A stretch of 64,000 nucleotides of DNA from Octopus vulgaris (taxonomy: Eukaryota), in NCBI GenBank assembly GCA_951406725.2, contig OX597825.1, positions 80,042,001 to 80,106,000 of the forward strand, written 5' to 3'. Positions 37,911-50,936 of this stretch are shown piece by piece (within the stretch, counting starts at the first letter, position 1; each line of letters starts with the position of its first letter). Both the position numbers and the translations under genes were made by a program. The notes below the pieces were generated by a model. It worked only from the letters and a program-made list of their open reading frames with translations, searched no databases and was not told the origin of the DNA.

Positions 37911-40900
37911 AAGAATCTGCAATTGACTGACATATTGAAGCCCCAGCCTATGGCTTAATAACAAGATTGTAAATCCTCTGTAGTCTACAGATGGTGGTTT
38001 CAAACCCTAACTACATATCTACATGAGACTATCTGAGAGCTTTTTTAACAAAGTCCAACAAGAAAGAATCTATTCTCGCCAGGAACCCTTGGAATGAAAT
38101 AAAAACCCTGCCACATATCATTAAAAATAAGACTCGAAACACAATGTTATATGTTTGATGTTGTTTTTTGTTTGTCTGTTTTTTAAACTAGAAGCAGAAT
38201 CTCAGAAAAAGTGATTGAAAGGTATTAATCCATTTACCAATGATATCAGTGGCATAAATAGCTACAATAGTCAGTATATTTAGTGGTTAGTTAGCTCCGG
38301 TAAAATGGACACTGCTATTGGCCTTCCCTCCGTTTTAATATCTAACATCAGCATCATCATCATCTACTGTTAATGTGCTAAGGCCAAATGTGTTACACTG
38401 TCAAAGGATTAGTTGAAGGGAGAGTAAGAGAAAATGAGGGAGAGAGAAGTGTTAATGATGTGAGGTAGGAGAAAGTAATAGTTATTACATGATTAAAAAG
38501 TTAGTTAAAAGGTGAGACATAGAGAAAGAGAGCTACAAATACAATGTTTAACAGAGGAATGATGTTCTGGTAGTGAGGTTAAAAGAATGCAGATAGAGAG
38601 AGGAGGGCAGTTATATTAAAAGGGAGAAGCAAATAATGTGAAAGATGCCATGTCAGCTGATGCATTATGCTGTCACATACTCTTTACTCTTTTACTTGTT
38701 TCAATCATTTGACTGCGGCCATGCTGGAGCACCGCCTTTAGTCGAGCAACTCGACCCCGGGACTTATTCTTTGTAAGCCCAGTACTTATTCTATCGGTCT
38801 CTTTTGCTGAACCGCTAAGTGACGGGGACGTAAACACACCAGCATCGGTTGTCAAGCAATGCTAGGGGGACAAACACATACATACATATACATATAAACG
38901 ACAGGCTTCTTTCAGTTTCCGTCTACCAAGTCCACTCACAAGGCATTGGTCGGCCCGGGGCTATAGCAGAAGACACTTGCCCAAGATGCCACGCTGTGGG
39001 ACTGAACCCGGAACCATGTGGTTGGTTAGCAAGCTACTTACCACACAGCCACTCCTGCGCCATGGTTAAAAAGTTTGTTGAAGTATGTGGCAGAGAGGGA
39101 GAGAAGTGTAAAGGGCTCAGCAGAGGGAAATTTTAAACATCATATATTATTGTGACTAACAGAATAACATTTTAATACTCAGTTTTTTACATCTTCTATC
39201 TGTCAGTCTATTTATCTATCCACATTGACAATTACATCGATGGGTGGACAGTAGAAAGAAAGCTTATATTAGGAGGTTTAATGATAAACTTATCATAGAT
39301 AAGAAAACAGATTTTCCAATGAAAGTGTAATATGTTAGCGAAGTAGCTACGGATGTTGTTTGTTTTTAATTTTAAAACAGTACACCTCCACCACCACGCA
39401 ACTGACACTTTTAAACAGTCTTAATTATGGAACAATAACGAAGAAGACACAATGTATTTAACATAATGAAAAGGTTTTAGAAAGTTCTATGAATTTATGC
39501 ATCAAAAATAGAAACCTCAACATTTATGAAACGTGGTGTTTCCATGGATCTCATATGCATAGGTGCAGGAGTGGCTGTGTGGTAAGTAGCTTGCTTACCA
39601 ACCACATGGTTCCAGGTTCAGTTACATGGCACCTTGGGCAAGTGTCTTCTACTATAGCCTCGGGCCGACCAAAGCCTTGTGAGTGGATTTGGTTGATGGA
39701 AACTGAAAGAAGCCTGTTGTATATATGTGTGTCTGTATTTGTCCCCCCATCATCGCTTGACAACTGATGCTGGTGTGTTTATATCCCTGTAACTTAGCAG
39801 TTCAGCAAAAGAGACCGATAGAATAAGTACTAGGCTTACAAAGTATAAGCCCTGAGGTCGATTTGCTTGACTAAAGGCAGTGCTCCAGCATGGCCACAGT
39901 CAAATGACTGAAACAAGTAAAAGAGTATGTATGAAAACATTTTCACTACATTCAAAACAAACTCCCTAGAAATCTTTTATCTTTTACTTGTTTCAGTCAT
40001 TAGACTGCGGCTATGCTGGGGCAGCAATGCCTTGAAGAATGGATTAACTCCAGTATTTATTTTTTTGTTTTTTAAGCTTGGTTCTTATTCAATTGATCTG
40101 TTTTAACAAACCACAAAATTACAAGGATATAAACAGAATTTCTACAGCTGGTGCCAACCACTCCAAGAGTGTAGTGGGTGCTTTTACAGGCCACCAGCAC
40201 GAGGGCCAGTCAGGCGGTACTGGCAACGTCCACGTTGAAATAGTGCTTTTTATGTGCCACCTGCACAGGAGCCAGTCCAGCGGCACTGGCAACGACCTTG
40301 CTCGAATGTTTTTTTTACATGCCACCAGCACAAATGCCAGTAAGGCGACGCGGATAACGATCACACTCGGATGGTGTGTTTTACATGTCACCGGCACAGT
40401 GGCCAGCTTGTTGCTCTTGTCTATAAACATAATGCTTTTTGTATCCCGAAAACTGAGGCCATTACTTTCCCTGCAGATAAAAATTAGCTTTGCCTTCTTT
40501 GGAGCAGGTGAGGAGGGATGGTGCCACTGTATGGATTGTCTCTTTGCCTGTGGCTCAAAGTGATGAATCCAACACTCATCCTGGCTTGGAAACATTCACG
40601 GAAACCATCTGGATCTGCCTTGACCAGTGTCAGATTTTCTCTAATGTGATGAACCTGATGCACTTTTGGTCAGATGCCAGAAGACATAGCATCCACCGAG
40701 CAGAGACCTTCGTCATGCCAAGTTCATTGTGCAGAATAAGAATATTCTCAACTCTCTCATAAGATAGGCTCATAAGCATTGACTATTTGGTTTAAAGTCA
40801 ATCGCCTGCCATCCATCACTATGTAGTGAATATGGTGCTTTTTTGCATACCAATGGCATAGGTGCCAGTCGGACAGCACTGGCATCAGCCACGACTACAA

Positions 40901-42640
40901 TTTCACTCGGTTCGACAGGTCTTCACAAAGACTAAGGAAAATATTATCTTTTTTGGGAGCAGGTGAAGATAGGTAACAGGAAGAGCATCCAGTTAAATTT
41001 CATCTGACCTGTGCAAGCATAGAAAAGAACACATGAAAACGATGAGGGTGATGAAAGACTTTACAACTGTTCAATATAATTAATTTTAATTATCTTATCT
41101 GCAGTTCATCATAATATTTCAGTTAAATGAACTTAAAACAGAAATTAAAAACACAAGTTGAAATGTAAAAGATACTTTGAAAACATAACAAATATTTTAT
41201 TAATGATCATCAAAAATTCCTTCATCAAACAAACGTACATGAAACAGAAATGGATAAAAATAATAATTTTAATTGAAGCACAAATGTTTATGCATCGAAA
41301 TGCATTTTGAAGATGTAACGTGTACAATTATACGTTACTGGTGAACTAACACTCTATATACATTTTATATATGAATTCAATATCTGGTTATTATTACTAT
41401 TATTGTCATTACAAAATAACAGCTGATTAAAACCACATGAAGAGCGAATCACATGAATTCTAATAGCACTGAGAAACTGCATTTTAAAAATATATTTGAT
41501 GTAATAATCCTTTCTGCTATAGGTACAAGGCCTGAAATTTTGAGGGGAGGGATAAATCGATTACACTGACCCCAGTACACAACTGGTATTTAATTTATCG
41601 ACCCCCGAAAGGATGAAAGGCAAAGTCGACCTTGGTGGAATTTGAACTCAGAACATAGCAGCAAACGAAATACTGCTAAGTTTTTCGCCCGGCATGCTAA
41701 CATTTCTGCCAGCTCGCAGCCTTTATTTGATGTAATAAGTGGTTTTTTTCAATATTTTTGTTGACTGTAATGTACTCATTTAAAAACTGAGTTCCTTTAT
41801 CTTTTTTTTTTGCTTCTTTTTTGTTAATTTCTTAAAAATCTTATTGTTGATGGCAATAATAACCTCTTAAAATATAAACAATCCAAAGGTGAAAATAAAC
41901 GGAACATTTCAAATATGGAAGCTTTAAAATAAATTCTCTATGAAGCAACCACACCGTGGCAGAACTAATTAATAACATGCAAAGCTGTTAAATTCGTTTT
42001 AAATTTACTTAATGCAGTATGAAACGAGCAAGTCGTGACTTGCTCCTTGTCCCTCTTCTATTGCATCTTCATAGAACTGTATCAATGCCAAGGTTGTATC
42101 TGTGTGATGAAATAAATTTAAGCCTTTAGCATTCGGATTACTCTGCCAAGCATAATACTTCTTTATTCACATTCATCATCATCATCATCGTTTAACGTCT
42201 GCTTTCCATGCTAGCATGGGTTGGACGATTTGACTGAGGCCTGGCAAACCAGATGGCTGCACCAGGCTCCAATCTGATCTAGCAGAGTTTCTACAGCTGG
42301 ATGCCCTTCCTAACGCCAACCACTCCATGCAACAAGTCACAGCTTTGAGATTTCAATGATATGATTCTATATTTTTAGAATGACATTGTAGGGTTCGTGT
42401 GAGAAGTTGGATCTAGCCAGTCTGAACATAAACAGGTGGAATATCTGAGCCAGATATGGCTAGCTTAAATGCTGAGGGTTAAATTTAAAATTCATTTAAC
42501 AGCTTTGTGTGTTAGTAAATGGTTCTGCTACAATATAGTTAGTTCAATTTCATCACACCATTCCAGATGAAGCCACCTGCTAAACAAATACAACTCTAAA
42601 AGTCTACAAAGTGGTTTTTCCTTAAACAGCACCATCATCG

Positions 42641-42850
42641 TCAAGACTGAGACTGGCCATAAGATTCGGCTAGTTTATAAAACCAACGCGACAGAGCAGC
42701 TTGGACACGAATCATCAACAGGAAGGTAATTAAACCAGTTAGAAAGGTCACTCCAGACATTGCAGCAGCGAATATAAACCGAGGAGCAAATATCTTCCAA
42801 ACCATCAAATGTCTTCTATGAAGCGCCGCTGCCGTCATACTGCTGAGTAA
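42641..42850 (-). CDS. PIGO: PIGO last coding exon
   Basis: LLSSMTAAALHRRHLMVWKIFAPRFIF...SQS*. RRHLMVWKIFAPRF is the diagnostic C-terminal motif of PIGO/GPI13. Total CDS 3264 nt = 1087 aa plus stop, typical PIGO length. Confidence 0.95.
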   Translation of the reverse strand, partial: LLSSMTAAALHRRHLMVWKIFAPRFIFAAAMSGVTFLTGLITFLLMIRVQAALSRWFYKLAESYGQSQS

Positions 42851-42934
42851 CTGCAAAATAAAACAAACAAACAAAATTACACGTGGATTTATTCATTTGT
42901 ATACACACAAGCATGGTCCCATTCCTGAAACAAT

Positions 42935-43447
42935 TTAACCCTTTTGTTACTGTATTTATTTTGAGATGCTCTGTGTTTCCTTCAATTACTTTAAATATAA
43001 AAAAGAATTTAGTAAAATAACTTAGTTATCATAAAGCAAGTGTTAGGAACATAATTGTGACTAAGGTTTAGTGGCAGATTTTAGTTCAGAACTTTTGAAA
43101 ATAAGATATTTGTACTACAGAGCCAGAGGCAGTTTTAGCTGGGTTGGTATCAAAAAGGTTAATTTGCAGATTGGCTTGTTAGAAATAGCAGCCAAATCTT
43201 GTGCAAATTGGAGACACATTTGACTGACTGTCTTTAACCTTTTTGTTACCATCTTTCTGTTGAGATGCTCTGTGTTTCTTTCAGTTAATCTTAAAGAATT
43301 TAGTAAAATAATTTAGTTATCATTTAGCAAGTGCTAGGAACATAAATTGTGACTAAGGTTTGGTGGAAGATTTTAATTCAGAACTTATGAAAACAAGACA
43401 TTTGTAGCCAGAGCCAGTTTCAGCCGGGTTGATAACGAAAGGGTTAA
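42935..43447. mobile_element. Two tandem piggyBac-like MITEs in PIGO intron 4
   Basis: Copies at 42939-43158 and 43238-43443, each TTAA|CC(C)TTT...AAAGG(G)|TTAA and highly similar to each other. A different TTAA-flanked element lies at about 42118-42482. Confidence 0.7.
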
Positions 43448-44211
43448 GATAGAAAGATTCATGGAAGTGGTGCTGCAGTATGGTCACATGCCAGTGACTA
43501 GAATGATATAGAAGCTTGTGATGAGGGATGGTATCCTAGTATAGTCACAGTCCAATGGCTAAAACTGGTAAATAATCCTTTCTATTATAGGCACAAGGCC
43601 TGAAATTGTGGGGGACAGGGGTAGTTGATTACATCAACCTCAGTATGCAACTGGTACTTAATTTATCGACCCCAAAAGGATGAAAGGCAAAGTCAACCTC
43701 AGCAGAATTTGAACACAAAACGTAGCGGCAGATGAAATACCACTCAGCATTTAGCCCAGCCTGCTAACGATTCTGCCAGCTCACGGTAAATGATCTTTTC
43801 TACTATAGGCACAAGGCCTGGAATTTTGTAGGAGGGGACTGGTTGGTTACATCAACCCCAGTGTGTAACTGGTATTTAATTTATCGACCCCGAAAGGATG
43901 AAAAGCAAAGTCAACCTCGGAGGAATCTGAACACAGAACATAGCATCAGATGAAATACTTATTTCTTTTATTACCCACAAGGGGCTAAACACAGAGGGGA
44001 CAAACAAGGACAGACATAGGTATTAAGTCGATTACATTAACCCCAGTGTTTCACTGGTATTTAATTTATCGACCCCGAAAGGATGAAAGGCAAAGTCGAC
44101 CTCGGAGGAATCTGAACACAGAACATAGCAACAGATGAAATACTGCTAACGATTCTGCCAGCTCGCTGTCTTAAAACTAGTAAATAATAGAAAGGTTAAT
44201 GAAATACTTAC

Positions 44212-44591
44212 TGCTAACGAAGAGAAGAGAAACAAACGGGTGTACAGCATGAACAACAACTGAGGCACAACATTCTTCTCAAACAATACCACGTCTCCTC
44301 TCCACTCTTCAGTTTTCTTCTTTTGGCTGAAATATTCTGCGGCTGGTTTGTTAATGTGTGGCCAAAATAGCAATAATGGTGCCGCTACAGTAAACAGAAT
44401 TGGTCCAGCAAATGTGTTGAGTGTGATCAAAACTGATGGAATAATATGAGTTGTAAAATCTCCATGGAAACCAACAAATGCTGATTCCCATCGAATTGTT
44501 TGGATTGTAGCTTGATGTCCAGTGGCATAGAAGAAATACATTGACAGCAGACTCCACATGGTTATTGATGTCCAGGAGACTTCAGCATTCT
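44212..44591 (-). CDS. PIGO: PIGO coding exon 4
   Basis: (E)NAEVSWTSITMWSLLSMYFFYATGHQATIQTIRWESAFVG...LFSSLA. Conserved FYATGHQ and W..AFVG. gccag acceptor, GCA|gtaagt donor. Confidence 0.95.
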
Positions 44592-45516
44592 CTGGCAAAA
44601 CAAAAGAATTTTTACATAAGGCTGACAAACTTGGCAGACATTATTCATCATCATCATCATCACCATCATAACTTAACGTTCGTGGTCCATGCTGGCATGG
44701 GTTGGACAGTTTGACCAAGGCTGGTAAGGCTGGACAGCTGCGCCAGGCTCCAATCTGATTTGACATATTTTTCTACAGTTGGATGCTCTTCCTTATGCCA
44801 ACCACTCCAAGAGTGTAATGGGGAGCTTTTTATGTGCCACCAGTACAGGTGCCATTTGCGTGACACCAGTATCTACCATGACTGTGATTTTGTTCGGCTT
44901 GATGGATCTTCTTCTCAAGCACCACATAATGCCAAACATGTTGGTCATTGCCTCCGTGAGGCCCAACACTCGAAAGGAACATTATTGTTGAAGAAAAATT
45001 AAACAATCGTCATCATTTAACATCTGTATTCCATGCTGGCATGGGTTGGACAGTTCAACAAGATTCAAAGAACTGGGGAGGAGGCTACACCAAGCTCTGC
45101 CTGCTTTGATAAGGTTCCATTGCTGGAGGGCCCTTCCTTATGCCATCCACTTTACTGTGCATACGGGGTGCTTTTTTCATGGCACCTGCACTAGGGAGGT
45201 CACCAAGTAACTTGCAAGACAAGATCCTTCGACTGTGTAGGGGGTGTGGAATCGAGGGAGGTGGTTTTGTGGCGCCAGGTGTAGAGAGTTTGAAGTAAGA
45301 AGAGAGGTTTCAAATTTTAGCACACGGCCAGCAATTCTGGAGTAGTTGGGGTGGTAAGCCAATCACATCAACTGGTACTTTATTTCATTGACCTCGAAAG
45401 GACAAAAGGCAAAGTTGACCTCAGCGGAATTTGAACTCAGAACATGAAGATGAATAAAATGCCATTAAACATTTTTCCAGTCATGCTAACGTTTCTGCTA
45501 TCTCACTACCTTAATG

Positions 45517-45582
45517 CTGATGATGATGATGATGATGACGGTGGTGGTGACGATGATGATAATGATGGTGATGATGACGACA

Positions 45583-45614
<32 letters not shown>

Positions 45615-45637
45615 GACAATGATAATGGTGATGATGA
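45517..45637. repeat. Degenerate (GAT)n tract in PIGO intron 3
   Basis: Seen directly. Confidence 0.9.
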
Positions 45638-45709
45638 TTTCTTGTATGTTTTTTAATATTCTTTTTTTGCAAAATAATATAAAAGAAAATGTTTTCAAAA
45701 TGAACTTAC

Positions 45710-47465
45710 CTAACTTTACTGATGTGTGGTAAAACATGGAATGTAGCTCTAGGAAAATGCAAATGAGGATTAAAGCCAGTAATATACTCGGGGTCATACC
45801 ATCACCAAGTAACAAACTCACTAATAAAGAGCACATGGTCACGCAGTAAACGCTGGAGGCAGTCTGGACCGTCCCCAGGCCACAGGCAATTACAGGCTTT
45901 TCAGAGTTTTCTTCTTTTTCTTCCCCCCAGTTTTTATGTAACTGTTTGAAAACTTCCGGAATTATCTCAGTAACAGAAGAGCGCCACGAAGGAATACTCA
46001 ACCGCTTCCTGTTGGTTTGTACAAGATGAACGCATAATGGGCTGATTATAAAAGACAACATGGATAATATGAGGAGTGCATAAGCCAATCTTGCCAGAAA
46101 GACATGTTGTATGTAGGGTAGACTGTCCAGTTCTTTGGCTGGGAGACCTTGAACAGCCCAATGTAATCCAATACAAAAGGTTGCAGCTGGGAATCCATAT
46201 TTATAAAATAAGACAGTGGTTATGTTGCTGTTTAGGTTTCCATAGAAACGTAACCACTGATGAGATACAACAATGACAGTAATTATACAAGCAACACTGA
46301 AAAAATAACGTAAATTTTTGCTTCCGCTGTCTGAAAGGTTCGACAGGGGGAAAGTAAATATTGAATGAATACAAGTCCATTGCTCTTCGCGACACGTGCG
46401 GAAAGATACGGAGAATCTCAAGACAAGACAGAACAGTAAAACTAGAAGAAAGATAATGAATGCTGGATGGATGAAGATGTAACCAATGTCAAACTTGCTC
46501 ACAGATTTACTGCGCTTACTCGGTCCATCTCGATGATGGGCCGTCTTGTCATGGAGTATTTTTCTCAAGAGTTGGACAAAGTAACAACAGAGGTGAGTAA
46601 GAATTAAAAATGTAACAACACAATCCTCATAAACAACGTAACTGTTAGAAAAGAAGGCAGCAATATAGATAATGGTCGTTAAACAGGAACAGTTAGTGAC
46701 GAGATCGTATTTACGCAGACTGAATGTTTTTTTGAGAGAAGACAGAGTAGGGAGTTTGCTTTTAGTGATAACCAAGTAAATGACCGGTGCAAGAATAGCA
46801 ACATCAAATATAATCATTATGGAAGGAATATTCAACACAGAACTGTCTTTGAAATATAGAGATTGAAGAATGCATAAAATAGAAATTATAAATATGGCAA
46901 CCAGCAGAAAGATGACAGATTTGGGGTAAGAAGTATCTCTGACAAAAGATAGTTTTAAGAAATAGATATTTACAAAAATGGCAAAAAACATAAGAAATAA
47001 GCCAAGAAGAATCTGTGTGGTGTCAAACTTTGCCCAAGAATCTTGGCACATCTCTTTAGTTTCAGAAATAAATGTGACATAATTATTTTTTAGACGTGCC
47101 AACCATTTACTGTCAGAAGCCATGTCTTGAGATTTCACCATTTCTGTTACAAATTGGCTGAATTCTTTTTCTGCTTTCTCAAACTTTTGGTGAAGCTGTA
47201 GAAACTTGTTTTTTAGCAGCGGTTCTCCAGAGGTTTGTGAATAAATCTGAGAATATTGGTCGAGTTGGTGTGCATTCAGTCGAAGTGCTTTTATGTTGTG
47301 GTAGAGCTGTTTGGCATCACTATAAGTATCCCACCACGGGCAGAAAGAGAAGAGCTCATTAATGATCATCCCAACATTTGAGAAAGGAATCGGAACACCT
47401 AACAGGAGAGACAGAGTTGGAACAATGTCAATTTGAGCGATGCTTGGAATTGCCGAAGGTGAAGT
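45710..47465 (-). CDS. PIGO: PIGO coding exon 3 (1756 nt)
   Basis: TSPSAIPSIAQIDIVPTLSLLLGVPIPFSNVG... followed by WAKFD, FSNSYVVYE, CREEQ and many TM helices. ttccag acceptor, G|gtaagt donor, phase 0 to 1. The ORF-track extension to 45498 is intron. Confidence 0.95.
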
Positions 47466-48959
47466 CTGGAAATAGAATTGTAAAAAATAAAAATTAGTAT
47501 TTATACTTTTAAAATATCATCATCATCATCATAATTATTATCGGTATTATTACTATTATTGATATCATCATCATCTCTTTTTCTACATCAGTTTCTATGG
47601 AAACCACAATCATGTCTATACTCCTGCCATGAAATAATTAAAAGTTTGTTGCATCTTTATTAGAGATTTCCAGGAACTTCTTGTTTTATGCATGAATGAC
47701 TGTGCGCTTAAGAAGTCCCCCCCCCCATCTAGATGGTTTTGGGGTTGAATCCCACTGGGTAGTACCTTGTACAAGTCTTCTATAATCCCAGGATGGGCCA
47801 AAACCTTGTCAATGGATTTGGTAGATGGAAACTGAAAGAAGTCCATTGTGTGTGTATATAGTCCCACCCATGCCAGAAGGATGTTTGTGGGCCGCATGTA
47901 GCCCTGTGAGCCGCAGTTGAGAACCGCAGATCAAGAGATATACAAATGATTTGCCAATGTCATGGGCAAAAATTTTGTTTCCATCAAAATCATTTTATGT
48001 GGGAATAGTAGAGGTAGTTTGCAAATAGGGAGACAATCTGTCAACGGTGAAGGACGAGGTGAGTAAAAGGTCCAGTAATATGTAGGTGAAGAGGAAAGGT
48101 TGATGAGGTTAACGTGGCATTCCATCAGTTACAACGCTGACGGTTACAGCTGATCCGATCAACAGAACAGTCAGCTTGTGAAATCAATGTGCAAGTGGTT
48201 GAGCTCTCCACAGACAAGTGTATCCTTAACATAATTCTCAGAGAGATTCAGCATAACACAGAAGATGATAAGGCTGGCCCTTATTTAATTACAGGTACAA
48301 CTCATTTTTGCCAGCTGAGTGAACTGGAGCAATGTGAAATAAAGTGTCTTGCTTAAGGACACAATGCATCACTGTGAATTGAACTCACCACCTTCCAATC
48401 ATGAGATGACTGTCCTAACCATTAGGTTTAATGTATACAAGAACTTGGGATCTAATTGTCTGAGGTTGACAGAAGGGACACAGTCCAGATTGGTTATTTT
48501 GTTGGGCTCAAAGAAGCTTACAAAAAGGCAAATACAATTAATGAGTTTGTATTCTTTTATTTGTTTCAGTCATTTGATTACGGCCATGCTGGAGCACCAC
48601 TTTTAATCAAACAAATTGACCCCAGGACTTATTCCATCAGTCTCTTCTGTCGAGCCACTAAGTTACGGAGACATAAACACACCAACATCAGTTGTCAAGC
48701 AATGGTGCAGGGACAAACACAGACACACCAACACATATATTTATACATATATACGACGGGCTTCTTTCAGTTTCCATCTACCAAATCCACTTACAAGGCT
48801 TTCGTCGGCCTGAGGCTATAGCAGAAGACACTTGCCCAAGGTTCCATGCAGTAAAACTGAACCCAGAACCATGTGGTTAGTAAGCAAGCCACTTACCACA
48901 CAGCCACTCCTGTGCCTGTGCAGAATTAGAAGTAAAGGAAGCAAAGTATGTGTTAGCTA

Positions 48960-50689
48960 CACTACCGTCGGAAATTAATAAGCACCCTTGATTTGCTCTT
49001 CACTCAAGGTATGTGCTGTCACCTAGTGGCCATATCTCAAACTATTGCTTTGTTGCGAGTTCACTGTTGCGCAGAACGATGACATAACTTTGTTTGCAGA
49101 GCGGTTTGAGAGTCTACAGCCTAATGATGTTGACATAGCAGTGCAACAACAACTTGGAGTGCGGATGCAGACAAAGCTTCCTTTGTTTAATAGATATAGG
49201 TAGCGCCTCGCAAGGACCGAAATCACACCGTACTAAGTTTTCTCATCGCGTAAGACGTTTTGAATAGCTCGTAGGTTAATTGATTTGTGTATTTGCAAGA
49301 TTTTTTTTCCTCACAAATTCTCCTACACTCTGCTTGGTGACGTCACTTCCAGTTCACAAAACTTTCTGTTATACATCAAATAAAGTGAGAAATTCTGCTT
49401 CCTTTCTTTTTTGTTTAATGAATAATAACTCATAGCAGTTTTGTTATAGCATAACATTATTCAAATGAATAGTTTTAATGAAAATAACTGGTTTTTATCG
49501 TTCATTCCTAGATGGGCCCAAGACCTCGCATGACCTTGGAGAGATGGTACGAGGCTCTCTCGTGGCGTGGGAAGCTGTCGGAGGCTGCAATAGCCAGAAA
49601 ACGTGGTGTAGCCAGGCGCACAATTCAGTGCTTATTTAAGAAATACAAGGAAACCGGATCAGCAGCTGACAAAAAGGGTAGGGGACGGAAGAGGCTGACG
49701 ACCCAGCGGGAGGACCGGATGCTGATCCGAAAGTCACTGAACAACCGAAGGACGAGCCGGCAACTGGCGGAGGAGATGCAAAAGGTGACAGGGAAGCAGT
49801 TGTCTACAACCACCGTCAAGACCAGATTACTGGAAGCTGGTCTAAAATCCTGTAGGACCGCCCGCAAGCCGCTCCTTACAGCCCAAAACCGGAAGAGGCG
49901 GCTGCTCTGGGCCCGTGCCCACAAGACATGGACCGTGCAGCAGTGGCGGACAGTGATGTTCACTGGCGAGTCGCGATTCAGTCTCGTCAGTGACAAGCCT
50001 GTCCATGTGCGACGCCGCAGGGGTGAGCGCTTCAACAAAGACTGCATTGCTCCCACCATGAAGCATGGTGGGGGTGGTCTGATGGTGTGGGGGGCGTTCA
50101 GCTACAGTGGTGTTGGGCGGCTCTATGCCGTCGAAGGCAACATCAACGCAGCAAAGTACGTTGTGATAGTACGGAATGCTGCCCTACCCTCTGCGGGATA
50201 CCTCTTTGGTGGCGAGGAGTACATGCTCCAGCAGGACAACGCGCCTCCCCACACAGCCAAGCTCACAACCGGTTTCTTCAAGTACCATGGGGTGACGGTC
50301 ATGGACTGGCCTGGCCAGTCACCTGACCTGAACCCTATTGAGAACCTCTGGAGTCGATTGGGTAGGGATTTGAATGTGCAGCAATACAGGAACTGACACG
50401 AGCCGTTTGGGGCACTTCTTGCTGCATGGAGGGCCATCCCTGCACAGTACCTGCAGGTGCTCATAGACAGCATGCCGGCCCGCGTAGCAGCTGTCATTGC
50501 TGCCAAAGGAGGAGCAACAAGATATTGACTAAATTTCACGATTAATAACAATTATGTGGTATGCTGGGATATGTTTTAATAAATTTTTGATTAAAAACGA
50601 GTTTGTTTCTGATAATAAGTTAATTAAATTAAGAAAATGTAAGAAAATGTAGAAATTTGAGAAGTGCTAATTAATTTCCGATGCAAGTG
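48960..50689 (+). mobile_element. Tc1-family (DD34E) DNA transposon, near full length, in PIGO intron 2 (antisense to PIGO)
   Basis: TA target duplications at 48958-59 and 50690-91. Imperfect 26-bp TIRs: CACTACCGTCGGAAATTAATAAGCAC versus reverse complement CACTTGCATCGGAAATTAATTAGCAC (22/26). Contains a transposase. Confidence 0.92.
49512..50528 (+). pseudogene. Tc1 transposase (338 codons) with an in-frame stop and a mutated first catalytic Asp
   Basis: HTH region with GRGRK, RKPLL, VMFTGESRF (D to G in TDES), QQDNAPPH...WPGQSPDLNPIE (34 residues between D and E). TGA at 50394-96, after which the frame continues with a typical C-terminus (LIDSMPARVAAVIAAKGGATRY*). Confidence 0.9.
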
Positions 50690-50779
50690 TATGTCTACAA
50701 ATATTTACATCCTGGCCAAACACAAAAAAATTATAAAGAATTAATGTAAAGTAAAACCAATGTATAAATCGTGGCTCAC

Positions 50780-50936
50780 CTTTGATGGTGGATATCTTAA
50801 ACGTGATGGACTGTATATAAATAAACCAGACTCTATTTCATCTTTACTGTCACCGCCATGGTCGCCTGTGTCAGTCATACCATGATCTCCAAACAAAAAC
50901 AATATGGTATCATCTTTCATCAGTTTCATGACAGAA
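50780..50936 (-). CDS. PIGO: PIGO coding exon 2
   Basis: (D)SVMKLMKDDTILFLFGDHGMTDTGDHGGDSKDEIESGLFIYSPSRLRYPPSK. Contains GDHGM and GDHGG motifs. tttcag acceptor, AAG|gtgagc donor, phase 2 to 0. Confidence 0.95.

Noticed and set aside
45498-45709. Poly-Ile C-terminal extension of the 623-aa ORF
   Set aside because: Lies beyond the PIGO splice donor at 45709 and reads through an intronic (GAT)n repeat.
50394-50396. Selenocysteine or programmed read-through at the transposase TGA
   Set aside because: Simplest explanation is CGA to TGA decay; no SECIS recognised and the catalytic Asp is also mutated.
49625-50551. Antisense ORFs over the transposase
   Set aside because: Shadow ORFs caused by the GC-rich coding sequence on the opposite strand.
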